Below are positions 35,913 to 47,430 of a DNA stretch of 64,000 bases, piece after piece (the first letter of the stretch is position 1; every line of letters begins with the position of its first letter). The DNA comes from Entomortierella parvispora E1425 (taxonomy: Eukaryota > Fungi > Mortierellomycota): NCBI GenBank assembly GCA_020891255.1, contig BQFW01000012.1, forward strand, positions 682,001 to 746,000, written 5' to 3'. The notes under the pieces were generated by a model that had not been told where the DNA came from, did no database searches, and saw only the letters and a program-made list of their open reading frames with translations. The position numbers were made by a program, and so were the translations under genes.

Positions 35913-38900
35913 ATGACTTCGACACCACTGTCGTCCCAGGAGAAGACAGGACCATTCCTTCAATCTTTCAAGGTTGCACCGGAGTGCCTATCTTTGCCTC
36001 CCACCACCCACGAGGGTTCCGATTTGAAGGATAGGAACAGCGGTGCCTTTCATTCCAAAATTATCAAGATTGAGACTGTTCGCGATCCACAGACCGGAAA
36101 CCATGTCATTCTCTGGAGAGAGATCTTGCGCCTGTTTCCTCAAGCGCAGTACATCCTGGATGCTGATGTCCTGGTCGTTTTTGTAGAAGGCGACAATTTT
36201 GAACAGTAAGAATGGCATGGGTGCTCAGGACGAGGATGCCCTTCAGGCCAGGCGAAGCAAGCACATATAGCTCTGGTCAGAATTCGTAACGCGTGTCCTT
36301 TTCTCTCTCTCTCTCTCTCCCCCTCTCTCTCTCCCTCCCTCTCTCCCTCTCTCCCTCTCTCTCTCTCTCCAGAGTAAAGCCCTTCAGAATTCTTTACCGC
36401 GACAAGAGAGTCCTTCATGTGGTCCTCTCCTCCATACCATCTGGATCAACAACAATTGACTGGCCACTAGAGACTCTTGCTTCCCCTACAAAGACTTCTA
36501 CCCTTCCAGCAAAGGCGCCAGCCCTTCCTGAATCGACTGTTGACCTCCCTGTAGAGAACCCTGCCTTCCATACGATAATTCCTGATCTGCCTGTAAAGAC
36601 ATCTGCCCAGCCGGCAAAGAAACCTGACCCCCCAGCAACAGCCGCCGTCTCCTCAGGAAAGACATCTGTGACATTGGAGACGCCACCGTGCAAGGTCGAA
36701 ACACCACCTCTTTCTTCCAAAGCGTCAGTTGTGACGGAACTCGACGTCCAAGAAAAGCACAAGCTCTCACTTTCAGCCCCAAAAGTCGTTCGTCAATGGA
36801 ATCCTCGAGATAGCATCCCGCTGGAGAATATTCAATTCCGAATCCCGGGCATCTATCCACACACCAAGGCTCATTACCTGTCAAGGACCCCCCGACTCTT
36901 CATTCTCCTCCCCTCGACAGCCGCGGTCGCTGCACGATTCTGTCCTTCATCTGACCCCCGCCAGTCTCTGGATGTGAAGCAACTGATATCTGCAAATCAA
37001 CTTCGACTTTATTTCTTTTGCGAATGCCATGATGGCCACCCCATCCACGCCAAATTTCACTGGGTCCATCTAGCTCAACATGTTGGGTATAGAATTGCAC
37101 AGCCCGCCGCCTTCTTGAAAGAATTTGGCAACTACATCCTGGCTGTCATGGAGGCTGTACTGGAAGGTTTAATCCAGGGGTCTGAAAGCTTTCCTGCTCC
37201 AGCTGCGAAACTGGCCCAGGAGCTGAACGAGTTGGAGCAAGAGGAGATTAGCCTGTGGAAAGCAAAACGTCCTCCTTCAGCTGGGTCCACTGTCGATGTG
37301 TACACCCAGGACAACGTCGCTACCATGTTGTCAGAGACTATCGCATATCTCAAGGAGCTGGCGCGGGACACTCGAAAAGCATGGAGAGAAACCGGAAAGA
37401 TGGACAAGAGCTCTTGGAAGGAATGGGAGGGTATATGGTATCACCTCACAATGAATCTTAAGAACAGCATTTCGAATCCAAACCCGTTCAGCCTCTATGG
37501 CGACCTTCACCAAAGCTTCAGCAAGACTGGTCATTGCCATCTGATATGCGGAAAACATTTCCGATATCTCGACAAAGACAAGGAAATCCCGGTATATTTC
37601 CGCGGGCTGGTCGAGGGAATCCTTTTTGCAGAGCACCTGGGTCACTTGGTCATGCACCTTTTTTCCCCAGCAGAGACTCGAGCTCTGTATGGGATACTGG
37701 TCCAATCGACGAGCGTGATTACGCTGAACGTCATCTTCTGCCACAATGTCTCTGTAGACGACTTCAAGGATTTCTCCGAGGCTGTTCGTAAATCTATGGT
37801 GGTCGATATCCACCTTGAGGTCCCTGGAATCATTGTCGAAGGCATCGCAGATTATTCCTGGAAGACTCCACTCTTGCGCATGCTTAGTGAGGGTAAAGTT
37901 CAGCGGTTCTCCAGCACGGGAGTGAAAGATCTCTTTCGGTCTCCGAGTGATTTACGGACAACGGATGCCTTTCCATCTCTCCTTAGTTTAGATTTGCGAG
38001 GGATGGAGGCGGAAAGTCAGGCACTGAAGAGGTGTACCGCTCTGCGGGAGCTCAAGATCGTCTATGCAGCCATACATGGTATGACAATCGGTCAGAAGCT
38101 CGAGTGTCTTTTGGCATGCCCCACATTGGAGGTGATCGATATTGGATTTGCATCTTCCAAACTCTACGCCAGAGAAATGTTCCAGCTCATGGAGTCGGTC
38201 CTAGAATTAAGGACTGCAAAGGAAAACAAGAGGCGACTATGTTTAAACCACTACCGGTCTGTCTCCCCTGAAGCTCTTCTCTTTCTGGAATTCGTAACAG
38301 AAGAGGATGGAACATGCGCCCCTCGAATCTCTTTCAATGATGGCGGGGCACAGCACCAGGGAACGATCGTGGTGGACCTTGTCAGAAAGTATGGATGGGC
38401 TATCCAGAAACTGGACATTGGCTTCTCCTGGGACATTTTGGACATGAGAGCTTGGCTTCGGTCCATCAACAACAAGCGTGGCCCCAACGGAGTAACTAGT
38501 CTCGAATCCCTGGAACTGCCCCGCAGCCCTATGACCTTGCACGAAATGACTTTACTTCAGAGTATCCTTAAAAGATCCCCCGGACTGCGACTCTTGTCCG
38601 CTCCAATGGCGTGTGCCGGAAGCGACCTTTGGCGACCCGAGACTTTGAGACAGGATTATTTGCGGTGGATTGCCCAATACCTGGGACCATGGCTCACACA
38701 CCTTTACTTGATGGATTGCATTGGATGGAGGGCGGATTCAGAGATGGCCTTGTTGTTGCACAGGACTTCTCTCCCAAAGCTGGAATACCTGCAAGTCAAT
38801 TTCATAGAGGATCTCGCAAACAGCATTGACTGGCTTATTGGCGTCATCAAATCGCACGATTCCACTGCTGCAGCCGCTCCTCTATTGTCTCCTAGAGGTT

Positions 38901-39286
38901 CTCCACCCTCGGCGTCTTCTCTTCGTCCTTCTTCAAACTCGTGTTCTCTTTCTGGGATCTTACTGGGAAGTGTGATCTCAAAAGACACATCCAATGACCC
39001 ATGGAAGAAAATTCTGAAGGCTCTCGACTTTTCCACTCTGCAGGATCTATCCGTTGACACCTCTACGACCTTTGGTGAAGAGCAATGGAAGATGTTGCTC
39101 GATTGTCTTCCGCCAAACGGCGTATGGCCTGATGGAACCCTTGTTCCTTTAAAACAACTCGTTCTGAAAGAGACCTCTCTGAACAAGAATACCCTTGGTT
39201 CTAGAACGAATCAACTCGTCCAACGAGCCCCTCTTGCCGTGTTGGAAATCATTGCCAAGGAAGAACTTGCACAAACAAAAAAATGA
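35913..39286 (+). CDS. Large lineage-specific protein, family member 3; tandem paralog of member 2; 2 exons
   Basis: Exon 1 35913-36205 (IIKIETVRDPQTGNHVILWREILRLFP), intron 36206-36372, exon 2 from 36373 (VKPFRILYRDKRVLHVV ... IYPHTK ... TPRLFILLPSTAA ... ANQLRLYFFCE ... WVHLAQHVGYRIAQP..FLKEFGNYILAVMEAV ... DPWKKILKALDFS). These blocks are shared with member 2. Confidence 0.8.
36300..36370. repeat. CT-rich microsatellite inside the intron of family member 3
   Basis: An imperfect (CT)n/(CTCC)n run just before the acceptor AG at 36371-36372. Confidence 0.9.
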
Positions 39287-39574
39287 AAACAAAAAAAAAA
39301 AAAATAGAAATTGTCAGAACAGTATGATGAAGCTTCTTTTTTATATATTTTTATTGCGTTTGCTTGCAAGGAAAGGATTGGGAAATGTACTTGAGCCATT
39401 GGTCATAGAAGAAGAACAAGAAGATGAAGATGAAGAAGAAGAAGAAGAAAAAAAGAAGAGAAAGGAACGGGGGAAAAAAAATGACATGGGGTATCATGTT
39501 GAACGAAGAAAAATATCACGATGCAAGCGTCTTTTTTTTTTTTTTTTTTTTTTTGCCGAAGTGCAAGTTTGTGT

Positions 39575-39602
39575 GTGTGAGGTGTGAGGTGTGAGGTGTG
39601 AG
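39575..39602. repeat. Heptamer tandem repeat (GTGTGAG)4
   Basis: Four exact consecutive copies between the convergent 3' ends of family member 3 and the C2H2 gene. Confidence 0.9.
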
Positions 39603-39813
39603 TGTGTGCGTATGTATGATAGCCTCTCTGTTGGGAATATCCTTGGTCAAGAACAAAGACCAGGAGGGAAAGAGAAGAAGAAGAGATGAAAAGAAAGCGG
39701 GGAAAAAACAGGGTATGTGCCTTCTTTCCTGTCTGACTTCAATCTGATCAAGAGCAGCAAAAATAAGGGGGCAAAAATGACCAGAAGGTAGATGAAAAGA
39801 GATAAGCCGACGG

Positions 39814-42800
39814 CTACAGTGGGTGTGCATCAACTGAAGTAGGCCCAAAGCCCATGTCCAAAGACATGGCCTGAGGCGGATGACTCAGGGCCGATGGGGC
39901 GATCGTACCTCCATGCATGACATCATTGTTGGCCATGAGATACATGCTGCCGTCTCCTGGTCCGCTGTTTTGAATCATGGATAAATTGATCCCGTCTGGA
40001 GCTGGAACGGAGGCTGGCATCGGACCAGCGGGACCGCCCATCGTGGCCATATTAGCAGCGGATGGAAGCGTCATGGCCATACCAGGCATTGACATGTTCA
40101 TGGCCATAGGCAGCGATGCTGACATCGCCATTGGGATTGCCGCCGGTATTGAGCCTGAATCGATAGAAGTTTGACATCCTGGGGTCCCTGTTGGTGTTGG
40201 GTGGTGGTTCGCAGTTGTGGAGGACGCCAGGTTTTGTGCAATATACACGGTAGGATCCAGCATCAAAGGCCGTCCATCAGATCCATGAGGGGGGGCATTG
40301 CTCAAGACCATTGCTAAAGTCGGCACTGATGATGATGAAGAGTTTGTTGATAGAGCTGGTGAGAGGAGCGCGTTGGCAAAGTCTGACATTGGCTGGGGAC
40401 CATATCCTGCCTCTCCGCCACTCGACATTGCCACAGGGTTAGGTGAACATCGTCCGGAGGAAGTGGCGCTCGATGCTACGGGTCTTGCCGTCAGCAATGG
40501 GTCGGGCATTGCTGTGAGGAATGAAGATTGTGTAGGGTACGAAGCGCTAGTGACGCCTGACACCAACGCGGCAGCGCTCTGACTGTGCTGGCGCCTATGT
40601 TTTGCTGCCTTGCCAGGACCTCCAGTGTAGCCGGGGTGATATGGGTGGCTCGATTGTGCAGAGGATGAGGCTGATCCAGAGGTTCGTTCATGGGCTGCGC
40701 CTGAGCCGCGCAACGGTCCAGTGGCTTGGGGTTTTGGATCATGTGCAAGCTCGTGCTTTTTGAGGGAACGGGCGTGATAGTACGCCTTTGGACATCCTTC
40801 CACTGGGCAAACATATGGGCGAATGTTTGAATGTGTTTTGGTGTGAGTGGTCAGAGAATCTGGTCTGGAAAACTTCTTGTCGCACCCTAGAATCATCGGA
40901 TAAACTTCAAGATTAGTCCATCAAGGAAAAAAATACCGGAATTCCCCTTCACTTGCAAAACAAGCATCTTACCAGGAACAAGACATCTAAATGGGCGCTC
41001 TCCAGTATGAGTCCGCAAATGATTGTACATCTTGTGACGCTTGGTGAAAGGCTTGAGAAGTCTCGGACACCCTTGCCAGCTGCAGCTGTAGGACGCCTTC
41101 CCGCTCCCGATATGAAGCTCCGCCACATGCTCGTTCAGCGCCACCATCGAGTCAAGTGTCATGCCACAGTCTCTCCACAGGCAGACCAGCTGCTGTGGTG
41201 TACCTGGGGTGTCGTCGGCCCCATGCGTATCATCTGTGGATCCTTTACGTGATGGTCCTTGTGACTCGTCGCCATCGTCCCCTTCGTTCTCTTCATCATC
41301 AAGCTCGTCCTCATTTTCGTCCTCATCGTCATCTGCATCGTCCTCATCTCCATTTTGTGATGACACAAGGACAGCATGGAGATTTGTTGGAGACTTGACA
41401 GCATAAGGACTCAGGAGAGGAGACGCCAGTCTCCGCTCTTCTGAATCATCCGTGGAGCTGCCGTCATGGTTTGACAGCGATGGCTCTGAAGGCGGTGGAG
41501 GTGAGAGGGCGGTCGGCGGGGGAGAAGCTGTTGTCCTGTGAGAAGTCTGCTCCTGCTTTATCTGTTGCTGATGGTACCTCTGTTGCTGCTGCGAGGCTGC
41601 AGCGGAGGTTGTCAATTGGGAAATTGCTATAGCATAGTAAATAGAGATCAAATGTTAGAAGACCAAAGCATCTTGTTGAAAGAAAGACAGTCTGGACGCT
41701 TTCTAAATACTTACGGAACGACTCTGACGAGAGGTCTTTATCAGTCGCTTCTTGCTTGACAGTGCTCATCCTTCGAAGAGGAATTGAGCCTTCGATCTGA
41801 CGCTCGTACTCCATAACCTTTTCGATTAATTCCTGTTTCGATAGCTCTGCCAACTCTGAGCGTGTTGAAGGGGGGTCCAGCTCCAAAGACTCTGGTTTGA
41901 CATCCCGAAGAGTCGAGTCGTTCAAAGTATGAAGTCGGAAAGTGGAGGAAACTTCCATGATGGTGTCTACAATGGAATTGTTGGTAGGCCCGAGGATAGG
42001 TGAGGGTGCTGACAAAGGTCCTGGCGAGCACAGTTGGTTGCCCTCATTCGGAGAGCCGAAACCGGAAGACAGCGGCATGGCCCGCGCCTGAATATCCGAC
42101 ACGTTGATCTTCAATCCTGCCGCCGCAGCAGCACGTGGAGACCGACTTTGATGTGGATCTACGCGCTGAGACGCATCAAAAAGAGCCTGCTCTTTAGCCG
42201 CCATCTTTTGCTGTTGCTGCTGCAAGAACTCGTTCTTTTGCAACATAATGCGAAGCTCTGGTGAATGATGGCCCGACGAGGGGTGGCGACGGTGGCGTTT
42301 GGCTGGGTCCACTACTAGATTCGCGACTGACGTATCTGGCGGTGTAAAAGCCGGCGAGGTGTTTGAGCTGGACGGATGAGAAGACGAAGGCAGCATGGAG
42401 GGCACCATCGGCGTGAATCCAGCCATTGATTCTGTCGAAGAGTTGGGTGTTGGGTATGCGAGCTCTCCTGCCCTTCCTGCAACAGAGTGAGGTACATGAG
42501 ACATGTTAAAGCTACCCACTCCCACACCGTGCGCCATAGGCCCTTGCATATGTGGCCCTTGAATATCCTGCCTCATCCCTGATGCTGCTCCAGCTAGCGT
42601 ATCCATCTCTTGAGCGGTGCTTGTCATGACTTGAGCAGCACCCATGACCAGCATGTTCTGTCGGATAGGCATCATAATCGGAGGCATACTGCCTTCGACA
42701 GGGCTGACTAGGGACTGTTGAGGTGTAACCAATGCTCCTGATGTCATCATTTCTTGAACGTGATGTTGCTGTTGGAGCTGCTGCTGTTGCTGCATCTGCA

Positions 42801-43018
42801 CATTTAGTACATGTAAATCCAATGGTGGCTGAACATGGCCATCATATGACGGGTGATGGCGATGCACTCCTCGAGCCTGAGCAGCTGGCTGCTGTGAAGG
42901 TATCACAGGTGTCTGTGACCGAGTTTGAGCGTTGATGTGTTCATGAATAAGAATAGTCGCCTGGTGTGCGGAAAGCTCTGGAGTCGAGACTGGTATATTG
43001 TTGGTAAGCATATGCTGT

Positions 43019-43101
<83 letters not shown>

Positions 43102-43402
43102 AAGTTGTTGCTGTTGCTGAAGTTGCTGCTGCTGGAGTTGTAATTGCTGCTGTTGCTGTTGTTGATGCAACTGCTGTTGCAATTGTTGTTGTTGCTGCTG
43201 CTGCTGCATGTGCTCTTGCTGGATCTGCTGTTGATGCATCTGTTCTACGTGTTGTGCCTGTTCGATAACATGTTGGAATGTCAATGCCTGCGATTCCCCT
43301 GCTGATACCATTGGAGGGCTAGAGATGAGTTGCTGTTGCACAATTGGAGGACTCAGTGGCATGGACGCGATAAGTTGCTGCTGTTGCTGTTGCTGCTGCT
43401 GT

Positions 43403-43434
<32 letters not shown>

Positions 43435-44418
43435 CTGTTGATGCGCTTGAGCATTCTGGTAATCATCAACCCCAGCGGCTACTTGCTGTTGAAGCAACTG
43501 TTGCTGCTGCTCCTGTTGTTGTTGGTGTTGCTGTTGTTGGTGCTGCTGCTGCTCAAACTGTTGTTGCTCAAACTGTTGCTGCTCGAATTGCTGCTGAATC
43601 TGCTGCTGCATCTGCGCCTGCTGCTGTATCTGTGCTTGCTGCTGTATCTGTGCCTGCTGCTGTATCTGTGCCTGCTGCTGCTGCAGTTGCGCCTGTTGTT
43701 GCTGGAGCTGTGCCTGTTGCTGCTGTTGCTGTTGCTGTTGGATCTGCTGCTGCTGTTGCATTTGATGGTTTTGAATCATTTGATGTTGTTGCTGCATCAC
43801 ATGGTGCAGAGCTGCCGCCTGCTCCTGTTGAAGTTGTTGCTGTTGTTGCTGCTGATGCTGCTGCTGTTGACTGGTAGGGACAGCCACAAAACGTTGTCCC
43901 GGGTGAGCTGTAGTACTGGAGAGAACGATTCCTTCCATCTGGAAGGAGGTGGGAACGATCGAGCCCTCCTGTGAGAAAACAAGTGCAGACTGAGGAAGCG
44001 GCCCATTACTCATAATAAGAGGCTGGCCTTGAGAAGTGAGGTGTACAGGCTGCTGCTGCTGTTGCTGTTGTTGTTGTTGTTGTTGCTGTTGTTGTTGCTG
44101 TTGTTGTTGGTGCAAAAGCTGGTGATGCTGCTGTTGCTGCTGCTGGTACAGCTGCTGTTGCTGTTGTTGCTGCTGTTGTTGCTGTTGATGATGCTGGATT
44201 TGTTGCTGGTGTTGTTGATGCATTTGCTGTTGAAGGTCATTATTGTCGTTCAAAGGGCGAAACAGGTCTTCCTGGGGATGTCCAGTGATTACGAGATGTT
44301 CATTATCCTTGTTGGTATTCATGTTTATCGTGCTGTTGTTGTTGTTAGTGTTGGAGAGGATGGTTGGGTCATTAGGAGCGGCGGAAAACCCCACGAGGTG
44401 ATTGTTGGGGTCGCTCAT
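39814..44418 (-). CDS. C2H2 zinc-finger transcription factor (four GLI/ZIC-like fingers) with a long polyQ N-terminal region; 3 exons
   Basis: ATG at 44418 (the track start 44427 is TTG). Introns 41627-41714 and 40887-40972. Fingers: CLWRDC...HVAELH, CSWQGC...FTKRHKMYNHLRTH, TGERPFRCLVP|GCDKKFSRPDSLTTHTKTH and PYVCPVEGC...YYHARSLKKHELAH. Stop TAG ends at 39814. Confidence 0.9.
43015..44220 (-). repeat. Coding CAG/CAA repeat cluster (polyglutamine tracts)
   Basis: Several (CTG/TTG)n runs on the + strand, including a near-perfect (GCTGTT)n hexamer run at about 43025-43100 that encodes 27 consecutive Gln. Confidence 0.95.
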
Positions 44419-45004
44419 GGCGGTCAAATAAAAATAAAGCTGAGTTGGCGTTTTGACAGGCGGTCAGACCTACAATGGAGACACGCGACCGTCAGGTTGA
44501 CAAAGGAGAGGATGTTAGTACAACAGTAATAGTCAGTAGCCGGACAGCTCATTGGGCAGCGATGCGATACAAGATGCAGAAAGGGGGAGAGAGAGGAAGA
44601 GGGAGGAGCGAAGATGGGTCCCAGCTGTCCCCTCAAGGCGGGGGGTCAAGTGGAAGTCGAACTCCTCCCTTGATGCCTATTGGTGGCCCTACCGCGTCGT
44701 GGTCGCCACACGAAACGCGATCTCCGTCACCTGGCTAGCCCCTCTTAGTGCCGTGCCTGAAGACTAGGTTCGGCTGCCACCGCACTGCGCCACGCGTTGT
44801 TTTTGACTTATTCTTGGCCATGTCTCCACTGGTTGGTACACCCTGCACCCTGCATCCATGGGAAGACTGGGACACAAACAACCGGGCGTTGTGCTGCATC
44901 GTCCACGATCTGGTATTCCCCTCCCTTTCTATCCCCTTCCTTCCCGCCTGGGGCCCTTTCTGTCGCATCTTTTCAGGAGCTTGAAAAAAAACCCAAATGT
45001 GGTT

Positions 45005-45037
45005 GTGTGCAGTGTGCAGTGTGCAGTGTGCAGTGTG
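45005..45037. repeat. Heptamer tandem repeat (GTGTGCA)4.7 = (TGCACAC)n on the - strand
   Basis: Four exact copies plus GTGTG, about 590 bp upstream of the C2H2 gene ATG. Confidence 0.9.
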
Positions 45038-46599
45038 AAAAAAAAGAGGTAGCTGCAGTAATAATAAGAAAAAGAAAAAAGAAAAAAAGAAAACAACAAC
45101 AAAAAAGGAACTGAAAACAGGACGATCCAACCAACCCCGCCCACCGTCAGAAGGAAAGAAGGGAGATGAAGAGCGAGATAGGAAAAGCTTGTGCATGGAA
45201 TCTTTCAGGAGGTGCAAAGAGAGGGGGGAGGAAAAGAGACACGAATAATGGTGATGCCGGTGCAATGGTGGTGAGTCCCCTCTTCTGCAGCTTCCCCCCC
45301 CCCCCCCCCTTTGGAAAGGGCACCACTTTGGCCGAGAAAATGCTCGGCGTGGGTATTTGCTAGGGCTCACTCTCCTCCCTTGGTGCTCACTCTGTCTCTT
45401 TCTCGCTCACTCTCGTTCCGTCTCTCTCTTCTCTCCCACTTCATTCATGTGGTGTCGACTAGATCAACTGTGTCGTCATGCTCTAGTGGGTGTGTCATAC
45501 CTGGATATGCTGGCAGAGGCTTCTCTCTTGCAATCAAAGTATTCAGGAGGATGGTGTCTCTTTGCTGGTCAGCAAAGGTCAATTCAACACGACCGCAACA
45601 CAACGAAGTTTGGTTGGGCTGGGCTGGGAAGTAGGCCCGACTTCTCGGCCTTGTTTAACGGTGGACTAAGGGAAGATGGGGTAAGAGATAGAAAAGAACG
45701 GAGATATGTTAGCTTCCAAGAATGTCGCGCCTCTATTGGCAATAAGAAACGAAGAGAGGTCTGTTCTCCGCCACGAAAAATCAGTCCCCGGTTGGTAGTA
45801 GTTATGTCATGGTGAGGACAGGCTCTCCTTCTCCAACCAGACATGGAATGGTGAGGCATGAGGAAATAGGGTGACTGACAGAGAGAGAGAGAGAGAGAGA
45901 GAGAGTCTCTTTGACCCTCCACGCTGCCTCTTCCCGCACGCCGAACCAACGACCGTCGCCCATGGCACCATGGCAGAGTAAGGGCAAGGCTGAAAAAGGC
46001 CGCAAGCCAGAAGGAATGAGCACGACGACCGACTGAGTGGCAAAAACAGAATGATGCACTAGCGCCAAAAAGCACAGGCGGTACCAACCAACCAGTCAAC
46101 TCGTCCATCCCTGTGCTGGTTGCTTCCTGTCTGTGCTTGGGTTCATTGCTCTGCGGTGGACCCTGAGAATGTCTCAAGCTTGCCAGCGACACGCATCCCT
46201 CCTGTCCCCCATTGCCGGATAGCCCTTTTTTTGGCCGTTCTATAAAAAGCCAGCTTTGGCCGGATGTGGCAGGGATGGACTGTGTGGTGGGATGGGACAA
46301 GAAACACATTGCCAGAGTCACACTGCTGTGTCTGTCCGACGTTGGGAGGTGATCCTCGAGGGATGCAAGGATCTTGTGCACGCATGCAACACCCGCGAGA
46401 CACATCCTCTACCCCCCTCCCCCCATATTCCTGGCGTCCGGTTCCTGGTTCTGTCGTTCGCGTTCCTGGTTGGTTGTTTCTGAATAACTTTTTTTTTGTT
46501 GCTCCTCTGATGTTCAGGTACAGAAATAGGTGGTGAAGGGAAGAAAATAGAAAAGCGCCGCGTGGAATTGCGCCGATTCATTACCGATGGCAGAGAGTG

Positions 46600-47137
46600 A
46601 GCGAGACAAGGGCGAGAGAGGATTGCGAGGGCGGAAACAAGATATTTGTGTCGCTTGAGGTGTTTTTGCGAACGAATGGGAGAGGAAAGAGAAGAGAGGA
46701 AGCGAAGGAGAGGAAGCGAGAAAGAGGAAGAGGAAGAAGGAAGGAAAGAAAGAAAGAAAAGAAAGAGAGACAAAAAGAAAAGAGATAACGAATGAGGTAA
46801 TGAGAGCAGATGGGGGGGGAGGACGAGGGAATGGATTGCAAATAGAGAAGGAAAAGGCAAAGGACTCAAGAGGAAAGAAAACGAAAGGGAAGACGATGAA
46901 AAGGGACGGAGGGGGAGAGGGGAGGGAGAAGACAGAAAAGACGTGAGAGAGACAGAGAGAGAGACAGAGAGAGTGAGAGAGAGTGAGGGCAGAGGGGGAA
47001 AGGAGACAGCGAAAGAGAGACAGAGAGAGACAGAGAGGAAAGAGAGAGAGTCGGGCAAAAAGGAAAAGGACGCACTTTTTTGCCTTTGCTTTGCTTGCTT
47101 GCTTTGACTTGTTTATCTGTCTCTCTCTCTCTCTCTC

Positions 47138-47169
<32 letters not shown>

Positions 47170-47430
47170 CGGGAGGATGAACAGGCAGGCGGATCAGCCC
47201 GCCCACCTTCCCTTCTTCCTCGTCCTTCCCTCCTTCGTCCTGCTGTTCCGTTGCTGCCGTTCCGTCTCTTCTCTCGTCCGACGGCGCATGTTGCAGCATG
47301 TGCTGGATCTCTCCCATGGTCCACCGCGTGCGCCCTTGCCGTCGTTCATCTCTTTCTCTCTCTCTCTCTCTTTCTCTGTCTCTCTTCTCTCTCTTTCTCT
47401 CTCTCTCTCTTCTCTTTCTCTTCTCTCTCT
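46600..47430. repeat. Compound purine/pyrimidine microsatellite region: (GA)n/GAAA-rich, then (CT)n and (GTCT)n
   Basis: Long GA-rich stretch at about 46600-47070, switching to TTGC, CT and GTCT repeats at about 47085-47170, with further CT runs at about 47350-47430. Confidence 0.85.

Noticed and set aside
43330-44529. Poly-Leu ORFs on the + strand (43330-43974, 44029-44529) and similar ones at 20752, 21052 and 23656
   Set aside because: They are antisense shadows of CAG/CAA polyQ tracts in real genes on the opposite strand.
45641-45652. CTTCTCGGCCTT, matching the 5' end of U2 snRNA
   Set aside because: Only 12 nt match; the branch-point recognition sequence GTGTAGTA and the rest of U2 do not follow.
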